This document shows positions 1 through 13,049 of a stretch of DNA of 64,000 bases, piece after piece. The notes below the pieces were generated by a model. The model had not been told where the DNA came from. It saw only the letters and a list, made by a program, of their open reading frames with translations, and did not search any database. Position 1 is the stretch's first letter. The number at the start of each line of letters is the position of its first letter. Source of the stretch: Marsupella aquatica (taxonomy: Eukaryota; Plantae; Marchantiophyta); NCBI GenBank assembly GCA_973895155.1, contig OZ316892.1:18156357-18220356 (forward strand), written 5' to 3'. Made by a program: the position numbers and the translations under genes.

Positions 1-1630
1 TCCAGCCTTTCTATCTCTCTTTTGCTTTTTGTAGTTCTTCTATCTTCTCGGCAGTGGGGTCCGCTCCAACTTCAATTCACAGAGTTTGGATATGGTGTTT
101 TGGGGAGCCAGGTAGTCTTTTTTGTATTATTCTTCTCCTTTTCAGTTTGCAGATATTTCCTGATTGCAGTCCAGGCCAAGTCCCAGTTGACTCTTGCTTC
201 TCATTTCTCCTGCTAGTGTAAATTGCACAATTCTTCCATCTTAGACTCCATTTTTGGTGAGTTGATCAGAGTTTCATCCATTTTGAAATAGGTGGACTTC
301 CCCATTCTTGTGTGGCCCGTGGTTTTGAGGACAATGGTGTAGATAACTAGCACGTGGTATCGGGTTCCTCACTTATTTTCTTTTGACCCATCACGCGTGA
401 ATAAGTATAGGGTTGTTTATTGAGTTTGGTAAATGACTTTAAATTTTTTTGGAAGAACACTAGCGGTGTTGTAATCCAGTTTGAGAATTATAATAATCAT
501 AGGGTTTCTAAAAACCTAATACAAGAATATTCCAAATAAATTCTAAAAACTTAGGGGTTAAAAATCCCTTTCAAAGACTTTATTTACTTAAGTTTTAGGG
601 TGTCTATTCCTCTAAAGCTTTGCCCATGAAATGAGACCCTCCTTCGAGTGAGGCCCCCAGCACTTGGTAAAGGCAATGTTTGTGTGCCGTCATAAGTCAT
701 GGATTTGATGTACTCACACCCCGGGGTCCCTCACTTCTTTTCTTCCAACCCATCACGCGCAATAAAATATAGGGGTTTCTTATTGGGTTTAGTGAAAGGC
801 TTTTAAATTTTTGTTGAATAACATTAGGGTTGTTTTAATCCAGTTTTGAGAATTATAAGAGTCGTAGGTTTTTTAAAACCAAATTTGGGAATATTCCATT
901 AAGTTAGGGGTAAAAAAGACCTTAAAAAACTTTATTGACCTAAGTTTTAGGGTGTTTATTCCCCCAAAACTTGGCACGTGATATGGGATACCCCTTGGAT
1001 TGAGGCCCCCTAAGACCCACACCACTGATTCTACCTGCTATTGTAGATCTTGTTTAGTCTTGATTGGTCTAGTCTACTCAATTTTCTGGCCTAATGCGTG
1101 AAGTGGGGACCAAGCCGTTCTCCAGCACATAGATAGTTGTCTACAAGGTTAAACTTGTCAAAGCTCCATGAACTAAAGAACTTGGGCCAATAGCTTTGTC
1201 CCAAAGGTCTACCATATTCCAATCTCCCTTGAAAGTCCAATTTTCTTTTGCATTTGAGTGTGGAAATCCATTTCCACCTTTGTATCTCTCCTTCCTTTGA
1301 TTCGAGGCTTCAGTAGAGCCAATGTTGATAGTCCCAATGCATGAGTTGATTTTAGCCCATGCAAAGATTTTGTCACCCTTTGTGCCCGAATCAAGAACTT
1401 GCATTGAGCTAGGGATGATCAATGAAGTGCCCACTTTCCCATTGAATGCGGAATCCAAATTGTGCATCCTCCTTGGGCTATGTTTGTCAATTTGAACTCA
1501 GTAGTTGACTTGCTTACCTTCAGTTCTTGTATGCAAATGATAGATTTTTGCTTCTTGGTAGTATTGATCCATTTTTGCATCCGTTTAGCTCTGACTTGCA
1601 CTTTCTCCTAATCCCATGATGTTCCAAGTG
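1..1630 (-). mobile_element. Degenerate LINE (non-LTR retrotransposon) ORF2 apurinic-endonuclease region
   Basis: Minus-strand fragments read ICIQELKV, FKGDWNMV and SRLDQSRLNKIY, matching the L1-type EN motifs (QE, GDxN, SRLDR). They are broken by stops and frameshifts and interrupted by the ~350-1010 repeat. Q/K/T-rich ORF1-like sequence probably continues to ~2300. Confidence 0.7.
355..1012. repeat. Two diverged ~300-bp AT-rich direct repeats inserted in the LINE endonuclease
   Basis: Unit 'cctcactt..tttctt...acccatcacgcg..aataa.tatagggt...aagttttagggtgt.tattcc...tgaggccccc' occurs at ~362-658 and ~724-1010. Confidence 0.75.
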
Positions 1631-4600
1631 CAGATGGTGAGGTTGTCATTCATCATAGTGGCTTGGGGATTGTGTTTTCAGATTGGTTGCAAGTCCCAGG
1701 TTGGTCTCCATTGAGTGCTTGGCTGTCTTGATCTACTATTATTTGCTGATTTTGTTTTGGTTCTTTTGTGGTACCTCCCCCATGGTTGATGCTTTGTTGG
1801 ACATCAGATGATAAAAGTTCAGCACACAGGGTTTAGGTGATGATTCCCGAGTTGGCCCCTCCAAATAATGTTTCTTCCAGGACTACCTCAGTCATCCTCT
1901 TGTCAAACGCAAAAACTGGTTCCTTGCTGCTGGGGACGTTTGTTTGCTTCTTGAGCACCTGTCTATTTTGCTTTGTTGTTTTGGGTGTATTGGTGGTTCC
2001 ATTGAGGCTGGTGCCAGCTGGTGAACTAGCTGACTTGGACCTTGCATTTGTTTGTTGCTCGAGCTCCATTGGTCAGCACTAGTTGTGATTTGCTGCAGTG
2101 CTTGTGGTGTAGCAATTTCCTGTAGACTTTTGATTGGATCCAACAAGGTGCTCAAATCTTCGGGTTTCCTGTCTGCCTTGTTGCTGCTGTGTTCCAATCC
2201 TTCCCCAAATTGGTGTTCACTTCCTGCCTGGTTCTTGTGGATTTCAGGCTGTCACTTTAAACCATGTTGTGCCCATATTAAAGCATAGTTCCCTGCCTTG
2301 CTATTCCTCATTCATGTCCTATGGTGAACAGTTTACTCACCCTACCAGATGGAGCCCAAATCCAATCATAGTGAAACTGAAATTAAGAAAGAATAGCAAT
2401 CCCGGGGTGAATTACTGAGAATTAGTGCATGAGATTAGGGAGGCACTGCCCACTACCCATGTATGCTTGGCCCCAGTTATAGGTTTAATAATAGCCGCAG
2501 ACAAATTTCAACATTTACCACATTCTGGTGGAGTGGTAAAGTGCTCAAATGGGAGTGGGCACGTTGTGGGGTCGATCCCTGGTGTTGCACTCCGTTTTAC
2601 ACACATCCCCCCAAAAGTGGGGATCATTCAATTCTAAAATAGACAGAAAAATTGGAGGGGGCAATGGACAAGACTTAGGCAACGGAGTACGGGAAGGTTC
2701 CTAATGAGCCTCAAGATTGCCCTACAAGCTTAATGAAATTGAACATGTGCACTTCATAATGAGTTCTACAGGTAACTTATAGCTCTTATAGGGCAAGTTG
2801 TGGTTTAACTCTAAACCCTGCCCTTGGTATCAATACAATATATGTTGTTTGCTCATTGGCTTCAAGATGTTGGAGTGTTTAGTATTCTTTGCTTGTTTCA
2901 TGCGCATATGCATCACTTCACAACACATATTGCATGTCACGCATATCCAAACATGGACACAATCCAATATCATAAACATAAGAGAATCTAACACAAGTAG
3001 TCTAGACTTATGTCCACATGCACAAAATTCACAATAATCTTCTCACAATCAAACAAGGGTTGGTACCAACAGTGCACACTCAATCTGGTCCAATGCAATC
3101 ACATTAACAAGTCAAGCCAGATCTGCATTACACTCACACAACTTGACCAATCACACCATAGCCACCAAAGTTTGTGCTTGGAAAGCTGAACATCAAAATA
3201 TGATCTTTCAAGCCACCACAAAGGGAGAATTATCACTCAAACATAAAATCCTAACTACTCCAGTAGCCACATACAAAAGCCCTAAACCTAGATAACACGA
3301 TGCAGTAGCACACATACAAAAAACTTTAAACCTAGATAACACTATGTAATATCCTACTACTCGAAGTGGTGTGACACCCCAGCCAGAGGACCATAGCTCG
3401 AAGGGCTGGCATCCAGTTTGGAGGGAAGACTGAACTGGAAGAAAAGGTTCCATAGCTCGAGAGCATGAATTGATGAATTGTCAGGGCTGGCAGGCGGTCT
3501 TGAGGGCAAGGGAAGACTAGACTTCATGTGAGGGTTCTCAAGCCCAAGCCAGGGCATGAATGAATGGATTGCCTAGGATAGCATGCAACAAGTTTCTGTA
3601 AGGATGGGTTTTTGTAAGGGGTGGTGTGGGTTTTTGTAAGGGGTGGTGTGCTGTCTTGAGTGCGAGAGAAGATGAGACTGGACACGAGGGTTCCCGAGCT
3701 CGAGGGCATGCATGAGCCCAGCAGCAGAGTCGAGGGCAGCTTCAGGTAAGGGGTTGAGGGCGCAAAACACTACTTTCGAGAGTTATGAAGGGAGAATCGT
3801 CGAGTTGGCGTGTGTAGTGCCGTGTTTGTTTCGAGGGCGGGCGTTGCAATTCGAGGGCGGTCGCCACCACCATCACGACGCATCGACGAAGAGGACGAAG
3901 AGAAGTGAAGCGAAGAGAAGAGAAGAGGAAGCAGAGGAAAAAGCAATGGCGACAGACTTGAGGTTTGCGTTGAGTTGCGCTCTCTGACGACACTCACTCA
4001 CTCAGCAGGGTGACAGTTCGTGCCTGAATCTTCGGATGGACGTGTGAACGAAGAAGGAATTGAGAAACGAAGCCAAGCAAGCAAAAGAAGGCCGCGGTCT
4101 GCCTCACCTTTGTTTCTTTCTGCCTGCCTCTCTGCACCAGCGTCCTGTGCAGAAAGGAACGAAGATATGAGACGTTAGGAGAGGATGGAGATGATGCTCG
4201 AGGAGCGGAAGATGCAGTTGTAAAGAAAGAAACGCTGAGTAGGTTCCGCGTGGAACGGTATAATGATGTGTCTCGGTCAATTGAATTGCGAATCAATTGC
4301 TGCGCCGGAATGACGTGATACAGAGCCAGGGGACTCGTGGCGGCGTGAGGACGGGGGAGGTCCTCTGCTCAGTTGTGAGGCTCGTGAAGTTTGAATTGCT
4401 GGAAAGTGTTCTGGACCGGATGGAGTTGAGCAGGCGTCGTCAAATCCGTAAGTCTTGATGATGGAGGTTTGGGAGGGCCAGGAGGGAACTCCCAGGGAGC
4501 CGCAATCTGGTTTTCTCGGTGCAGGATGAGGATTTTGACAGCCTGCCTGCCTGCCTGGAGTGCGACGCGGGAAGTCAGTCCGTGGCGCGTTGGACATTAT

Positions 4601-4970
4601 TTATCTTGACATATGATCTTATTCTGTGAACTCCCCGACTAGCCTTCACGGAAAGACATTCTCTACTTTTGTGAGGAAAGGTATTTTTTTGGAAGAGTTC
4701 AGTTTATTCATACCTCTCTTGTGTCCCAATCATGTGGCGTATATGGAGGGCACCGATTTTCTGGATGACGGTTAAAGGTCTAAACGGTGGGGTGGTATCG
4801 TTCTGCAACTCGCACAATTCTGCCACCGGAAATGAATGTGACGTCTGAGGCTTTTGCGACGGCAAGGCATTGCCGCAAATTATAATGAGAAATGTAGGGC
4901 AACTCTAGAAGACCTGTAGGGCAGCGTAAAGCAGAGATTTTGGGCTCGGAGTAGCGTACTCTGTGAAAAA

Positions 4971-7900
4971 ATGTTTAGGCTACCTCCGAATCAGCAATAT
5001 CAAGGTGGCCCGCCTCGGAGCAACAATCTTTACCCTCAGCAGCAGGCTCCGGTGGCAATGACAGCTGAAGCAGCGTTAGTTCCCTCAGCATTTCCAGTAC
5101 ACGGAAGAGGGAGGGGTTTTCACCCGCCCTTCCACGGAGGACCGCCTTCTTATCAAATGGTTTCGCTCTCAGGACCATCGCCTCTTGTGCGGCCACCGCC
5201 ACCTCCAGGAAGCCCACCTGTGGAGACACCTCCCCCACCCCCTCCTTCCGATGGCAGTGGCAGCTTTCGATCTACACCAAAATCCGCTCCACCACCTCCC
5301 CCGCCGATGCCGAAAGATCCGGAGATGCTGAAGAACATTGAGATTTTATCATCCTTCGTGGTGAAGAATGGGCCCCAGTTTGAAAGCATGGCACGGGCAA
5401 AGCAAGCAGGTGATCCGAAGTTTGCATTTCTATTTGGTGGTGAGCGGGGCACAGACGCTGCGTTTGGATTTGACTTCTACAACTGGAAGAAGGAACATTT
5501 GATGTGGGTTGAAGAGAGGGCCAGAGGAGCTGCACCTGTAGTAGACCAGAGCCAGCAGCCCAGCAGATCCACTGAGCCAAACTTGCAGGTTAAAAATGGA
5601 GGACCCGGCGTTGTGGCTGGAATGTCTCATGACTCTCCTGATTCACCTGCAGGATCTGACATGGATATGGAAGGTATTGTAGTGTCTTTCTGTAGTTGTA
5701 CTTGACCTTTCACATTGTATTAATTTTATTTCTGGGATTGAAAGGTTCAGTTTATGTTGTGTGTCCCTACCCGTATCCATGTCATTTTTCTAACTAGAAA
5801 CGGTTGGACAGATGATTTTGCCCTTCCAGATCCAGCAAATGGGAAGAATACAGAACTGGATAAATCCCCAGCAGTCCCTTTAACAGTAGGTGGAAGGAAA
5901 TCGGGACCGTCGCCAACATCAATCGAAAGAAGAGTGGGTGTCTCATCTCCAGCACCAGAGTGGACCCCGGATTTTTCATCTTCGTCTCATGACGCAAGAC
6001 CAGCATTATCGCTCGTAGCATCTGAAAGAAAAGCAGCAGGACACAAGTCAGTAGAATCAAAGGTGGGAAGTCAACCGGACCGAGATTCTAGTCAAGGTGG
6101 AAATAGAATAGGGGCAGAGACGCAAGGTATCTCCCTGGGAGGCAAGGCCCCACGAGCCACAGATGTGAACAGAGTTCAGAGGGAGACGATATCACTAGAC
6201 GTCCCAAGAAGGAGAGGTAAAATCCATACGTAATTCTTAGTTTAGCTGAAGCATTCTGAACTAACAAGGCTCCTAAGAAACTTCCTGTCCTCGTATTCTT
6301 TTGCGTTGGTGGTGAGCGTGGTTAAGTGGGCCACTGAAATGTGAGATCTAAGGAGCCCAGTGGAGTGATTCTGCTGTTCTTTGCCCAGTGAGCTTTGTAA
6401 CAGAATTTATAGATTTTTGTTTGAGATGGGAAAATCTTGCCCAGATTACCCATGAGATTTGTTAGCACTCTGCTGGCAACTTATGTCGACGTTTCTACGG
6501 CTGATGGTTCATCTCATGCAGACACTCGACGACGGACTGGTTTTGACCGACAATGCATGGAAGACGTAAGCCCACTGAGCAGTCCAGTGAGGACTCAGCA
6601 ACAGAAGGAATCTGTCCTCGACTCTGACCAAAAGGGGACACCTGGAAATGGGCATCGAGAAGTTCCTGCAAAACCTTCTCGTTGGGGTCCGGAGCCTTCT
6701 TCTGATGGGAGAGGCAGTGGATTGTCACTTTCTGATAAGGTTGTGGAGGCAAACAAAGGAAGTAAGAAGTTAGACGCTTTTATTCAGAAGAAAGGCGAAA
6801 GCAGCGTTTTAAAGGATCGGCTACAGTCACCAGATGTTGGTGACAAACCCCTGAGGTCCCATGATGCTGGAAATTTGAAGGACAGCGAGAAGCTGAAGAT
6901 GAAGTCTGGAGCAGATCAGCCGGTCGATGAATTCGGAAGGCTGATACGACAAGGGGGCAGTGACAGCGACCTTGATGACGATCGTTATGGTGGGCGGAAA
7001 AAACGAAGGAGGACTCTGAGCAGAAGTAGAAGCCGATCTCCTGGAGACATGCGATTCAAGTATCGGAGTCCAGATCAATCCCCTCATGGATGGGGCAGGA
7101 GAAGTCGGTCTTGGAGGTCTGAGGCTTTATTCTTTCCCTATCAAGACTGACGGCTACTGTTGGGCGATGTCAAGTGGATTTTTGTTCAAATTCGCAGATC
7201 TGCATTTGATGCTTCTAGTTGGAAGCCTGTGAATATAGCCTTGTGTTATAGAAATATGTATCCAGATTCTCCCAAGCAAAAGGAACGATCATCTTAAATT
7301 TGCCCAGCTCGACTGGTTATGTGCAACTTTTTTCTAAAGCATGCAACTCCACGAACTTGGGCTGGGTCAAAGTTTCCATGTTCACGTAGGCATTGAGTTC
7401 GTTTTGTTTGGAAGGCAAAGAAAGCAAAGAAAAAGTCACCTGGGTCTGCTGTTTGTCTGTATTACATATCCATGGGGATGTTTGGAACTTGGTTTTGATA
7501 AAAGATTGACTTGACAATCCGTGAGAATCAGCTTGTTTGCTAACCTTTCTCTTGTTGGGCTCCTACAGCCGTTCTCCGAGAAGGAACAAGAGTCGCAGTC
7601 TCACGCCACCCCGTGATGGAAGGTGGGGAGGGGAAGGAAGAGGTGATCGTGGCGGACGAAGGGGAGGCAGGGGTGGTCGAGGGACAACTAACACCTGCTA
7701 TGACTATCTTAAGGGCAAGTGTACAAGGGGATCTTCCTGTAGATATTCACATGATGATAGCCATGGAGGAAATGGTGATCAAGGTGGGAAATGGAGTGGA
7801 GGAAGAGGCCGAGGTCGAGATCGAGAGCAAGGTCAAAGTGTTAGGACTGGGGAAGAAGTCGATCGGAACTGGGGTGGTAGAGTTGGAGATGATACCAAAC

Positions 7901-10039
7901 ATTGGAGATCCTGGGAATCAAATGACCGTAGTGGTATGGAGGAAAAAGAGTCGAAGTTGATTGCAGAGTTGAAAAAGCAGGCGCATGGTCCTTCTGTTGA
8001 CGAAGCCTTGAAGCGAGAAAATGGAGGTTCTGACAATTGTTCTATGGCTGCCGGGGAAGCGGGGCGAACAGGAAACTATCAACAAGTTGTGTCGTCTTCA
8101 GAGATGGCGACCAAGGCTGATCCACCTTCTTCAACAGCTCCTTCCACGTCACTGCCCCACTCCAGCATTCTTTCTGGGTCTATCTCTCAAGCAAGCCATC
8201 AGCTCAGTGCGTTGCCAAGCCAGTTATCATCTCAGACATCTCAGCAACCTTCTGCCTTACCTTCACATCCAACGTCTGAAACCAAAAACCTTGGCAGTTT
8301 GGTAGGTCCTGTGTCCCAGCAATCATCTTTTGATGGTTCTCCCACTCCACATTCCCAGCAACTCCAGTTTTCTTCTGCTCTAACTAATCTGCAGCAACAT
8401 GCTCTATCAACGGCATTACAATCACAGAATCTAGGGCAACAACCCTTGCCTTCCCTTTCTCAGATCAACAATTTTGCCTCCAATGCTTTGCATCAGCAGT
8501 TTACCACAGTTCGAAATTCACTCTCTGGCAGCAGCCCCCCTTTACAAGTCCTCCCACCTCCGTTTGCTGCGGTCGCACGACCACAAATTCCCTTCAGTGT
8601 CTCACCGCAGCCAACCTTTGCCCAATTTTCCAACAATCATGGGCAAGGTAGTGGTCAGTTTAGACCGCATATGGGTGGTGGTCAACCTCAGATGTTACGA
8701 AGTCCTATGGCTCAACCCTTACAGTCCAGGCCTACGCTAACCTGGATACCAGGTCCTGCTCCATCCTACTCCATAGGATCATCTCAACCTCTACAACAGC
8801 CACCTCAGTCTCTTCAAATGCCAATTCACCCCATTCAACAGCCTCCTCAGTCTCTTCAAATGCCAATTCAGCCTCTACAACAGCCGTCTCATTCTCTTCA
8901 AATGCCTATTCAGCCTCCACAGCAGCCACCTCATTCTCTTCAACAGCCAATTCAGCCCCCACTACAGTCACCTTATCCTCTTCAACAGTCAAGTCAGCCT
9001 CTACAACAGTCACTTCGCGCTCTCCAACAGCCAATTCAACCACTTCCTCAGCCACCCTCACAGCCACCACAAGCTTCCACTACAGCTGCTGGAGTTTATT
9101 CATATTCCTTATCAAGTTATGCCATGCCTTCGTATTCGACAGTCACTTCAAATGAGGTCCCTTCACGACCACGATCTGCAATCAAGGAACAATATGATGA
9201 TAGTCTTGAACCTGCACCACCCGGGTCTGTGGGTAAGAACGGTGTGGTTTCTAAGATTCAAAGTTCGTCACATGGAAACTCTGCAAAAGGGGAGCAGTGG
9301 AAACAAAATACAGGTAGCATGACGGCTCCTTTGATGACAAATGCTGGGGAAGTGGTTTTGGAAAATGTCAGTCCAGGTCTACCGAGCCATGTGGAAAACG
9401 TCGGTAGAGGGAGTGGGACCATGGGGAGGGTCAGTCCTGTGCTACAACCCCGAATGGTCATGGAGAATGTGAGCCCGACAGACATGGGCATTTCAATGGG
9501 TGTGAAAGCTCCTATGGAATTGGGAGGCCCGCAGCGAAGAGAGCCCATGGAGAATGTCAGTCCTCCAGATGAAAAGCCGAAGGAAGCCGGAGATGGTGGC
9601 AAAGAATCAGGTTTTAAAACGATGGAAGATAAGAAAAAAGATAAGGAAGGACGAGTGGTAAATTTAATCCGTAAGGCAGTAGCGGAGCAAGTAAAAGACG
9701 CACTGAAGCCCACATGGAAGGGAGGACAAATAACGAAAGAGGCTTTCAAGACAATAGCCAGGAAGGCAGTAGACAAAGTCATGGGGGCACTGGAAGTCAA
9801 GGGGACTATCCCTAAGACGCAGGAAAAAGTAGAATCATTCATGAAAACTTCTAAGCCAAAAATTGCCAAGCTTGTTCAGGTATATATCTACTGCTTATGA
9901 GACTCCCTTCACCGTCAGGTTACTTCTGATGGTCATAGATCCGTACTTTCTGCATTTCGTTGCACATTGCAAGGATGATCAACTAATGATAATCATTCTG
10001 TCCTGGCTGCAGGGTTATGTTGACAAATACTCGAAGTGA
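4971..10039 (+). CDS. SURP/SWAP + CCCH zinc finger + C-terminal SRI-like (Pol II CTD-binding type) RNA-processing protein, C3H55/C3H38-like
   Basis: Exons 4971-5673, 5812-6216, 6522-7116, 7569-9879 and 10013-10039; all introns GT-AG with matching phase. SURP: IEILSSFVVKNGPQFESMARAKQAGDPKFAFL. RS-rich segment. CCCH: CYDYLKGKCTRGSSCRYSH. C-terminus: VKDALKPTWKGGQITKEAFKTIARKAVDKV...KIAKLVQGYVDKYSK*. Confidence 0.9.
8781..9070 (+). repeat. Coding minisatellite, ~33-nt unit encoding (QQPPxSLQMPI)-like repeats
   Basis: About 8 imperfect 11-aa repeats (QPLQQPPQSLQMPIHPIQQPPQSLQMPIQ...) within exon 4. Confidence 0.85.
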
Positions 10040-11288
10040 AGAGGATAGCACCTTCCCGTTAAGATAGTGCCTCTGTATCCCCTTCCCGATTAATTGAAGC
10101 TATATATTGTACCTGGGTGATATCCTGTATAGATCTGACGTGAGCGCTTGACTTCTCAAGTTCTCGCGAAATGGATCATTCACTCAGATGAGATCGATCT
10201 ACCTTTCCTCTGGATGACGAGGGCAAGTATTTTATCACTAGATAGCTCCAAGGCAGAGGTAGCAGTCTGGCTTCAGCTGGTGCGTTCTTCGAATTGGGGA
10301 GGTGGGGGAAGCTGGATGTCCCCACGTTGTTAACCACGTTCTGGGCTGAGTCCAGTTGCTTCTGCGGAGTGCACGTTGAGCTTGATTATGGTAGTTTACC
10401 TTACAATGCCGACGCTAACATAGTAGCCGTGGATTTTGCCCTTTGTTCCTCTTCCATCAGACACGACCTGGTCTACATTTATCGTCCATTAGATGGGTAT
10501 CACCAAAGTAGTTGCCCCCAAGATGGGGACGTTGTCCAAATAGGTGATACAGCTCCCCAAGGTGGACGAGGAAGAATGAGGGAAGCAGTTGGTCAAAGGT
10601 CCATGTGATTGTGTAGCTTACAGCTGTGGAGACTTTTGTTCCAACCATGAGATAATATTAGATGTCATCTGGTTAACACGTCGAAACATCCTGTATGATA
10701 GCGGGCTGGAAGATGGGCGGAGCTCTAGCTAGGCAGAGTATCGCATGTCCAAAGATGATTGGATCTATTTTGAATGATACAATCCAAGGAAATCAGTGTG
10801 TACATTTGGGGTTTTTGCCCCCGATTTCAATCCTATTCCGTGAGAGTTTCTGGCCTTGGTATAGCTCGTCCGTTTGTATCACATTGGCCATAAAGCCTAT
10901 CCTTGAGGTGAGTAAAATAGATGAATGTGCATTGTGAAGGTTCCTTCCCTTTTCTGACAGTACTGATCAATCACGGTTAGCACTGAATTGAAAGTGTAGT
11001 TCACGGCCTGCAGTCATTTCCTCCATTTGTCTCTCTCAACGGTATGCAATCGGTAGCGCTAGGAAAATGTCCTTTGCTTCCAAGCGTATATCTCAATGGG
11101 ATACAAGCAATAGCCGACTTGTATATATCTGAACTGGATAGTCTTACTTTATGAGTCGGCCTGTTCGTGTACGCATAGGCCTTTCCACAAACCCAAAAAC
11201 ACTAACTTGACTGATTCTCATGAAGAGACAATCAAAGTTGTAGTTTCGCATAGGAACCACATTCACAGATTGGACACTCTCTAGCTGA

Positions 11289-11450
11289 TATTTGACGAGA
11301 ACCAGATTAGTGTTATTGGCCCGTTGAAATGGAGATAATGAACAGTGGTAGTCACTATGGATGCAACTACTGTATTTGACGAAAACCAGATCAGTGCTAT
11401 TGGTCATTGGAACAGAGATAATGGACTGGTAGTCACTATGGGATGTGACT
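11289..11450. repeat. Tandem duplication, ~84-bp period
   Basis: 'tatttgacga.aaccagat.agtg.tattgg...gagataatg..c..tggtagtcactatgg' starts at 11289 and again at 11373. Confidence 0.8.
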
Positions 11451-13049
11451 ACTGTAGTGTTATGACACAAACTAGCTTGACTGCCCGGTCTTTTGAATGG
11501 GAATCAAGGTGAGAAAATTAATCCGTGGACCCCCATGTTATTTTAGAGCCAATTATCTAGAAACTGAAGCCCAAATAAATGTACAAGCCTAAAGAAAAAA
11601 AAATTCCAAAATGGACAAGTCAATGTTTGACACTTGAAATAGTTGCCAAATTTACCAGGGCAACCATAATTAACATGAATCACAAAACCAGTTGCAATGT
11701 GAACTTTGCAATGTGAACTACTGTTTAATGTCACGTAGCTCAATTGCCCATTTCAGCAAAATGGTGTTCAACGGATGTCAATCACTTTTCAATCTTACAA
11801 GCAGATAGACGAAGAGAGAGAAGTCATCGATGTCATCAAATCACTAACTTCGCAAAATTGTTGGAGACAAAATATCCATGGAAACATATCTTCAATTGTA
11901 GAATTCGGAATCGATCAGAAGCTACAGAAATTTAGAAACTCATGACCACTTTAGTATTTGATAAAAAAATTCAATGTCACACTCATTGGAAAGCTAGATA
12001 ACATTGGGAACTCATACTCTACTCAGACCTCAACTAAATCTATCAATATTAAGTTTATTAGAAATCTAAGGAAATTCTAAAACTCATAATCTTCTTAGTA
12101 CTAGATAAAATCTGTCAGTTTTTGGTTCATTCTCATGGAAGGGATCAACATTTCAAGGGTTGTGCACCAGAGATTTATATTTCTATTCACATTAGAAATT
12201 ATGAAATCACGGGTAAAATCTATTTTTCAAATTATTTACTCAATTCTTACTGAACAGTGACAATGTTGAGCTCATCAGGACCGTCTCTCCAAGATCTTTC
12301 CAACACCATATTATACGTGAGTTTTCATTGTGATTTGACTCAACAATGTCACATCAAAAATTGCTGCCTGGAAAATTTTATGTTTTGAATAAAATCAAAC
12401 TATAAATGAAACCTTTACTAGGGGCAGTTATACCTCAATCTTTGTCTTTTGATTTGCATGTAAGTTGTTTTTACATTCCCTTTTGCGGCATGGTGTCCTA
12501 GTTTTTACAGCAAAATTGACACAAACACTAATGCGGAAGTTAATTTTATCCAAAAACAAGTCTCTTCATGTTTGCAGCGTGCCATGATGATGTGGGCGCG
12601 CTCTGGAGCCTGGAATTTTGGAAAGGGCCCCTAGTGGGGGTCCGTAAGTAAACACTTTTCAAAAAAGCATTTTGCAAGCACACATGTTCATCAATGACTT
12701 GGCCCCAATTGTGTTTTGCCCTCATCCCCACTTCACTTATGTCCCAAAGTCCTGGACCAGAAGTTTCACTTTAATGAGTAGGCCCTGAGAGTAGCTTTTG
12801 ATGTGATTATATTATATTTATTATACAGTTATAAATAACAACAGTAACACTCATTCGTGAGTAGTGTGGGAATTGAGAGGCGGTCAAGGAGCATCAAGGA
12901 CACGCATAAATCAAGTGAGGAGTTTCCATGCGTCAAGTGTATATGGAATTAGGTGGCAACTGGCTCTTCCTGCGGGCATTCTATTTGGGGGAAAGCAGCA
13001 CTGTTACCATGCAAGCTTTACCAATCCTGCACTTATATGAACTATATTA

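Noticed and set aside
9258-9869. 203-aa antisense ORF, and similar antisense ORFs over TAF8, DnaJ and apyrase
   Set aside because: Shadow frames of real coding exons.
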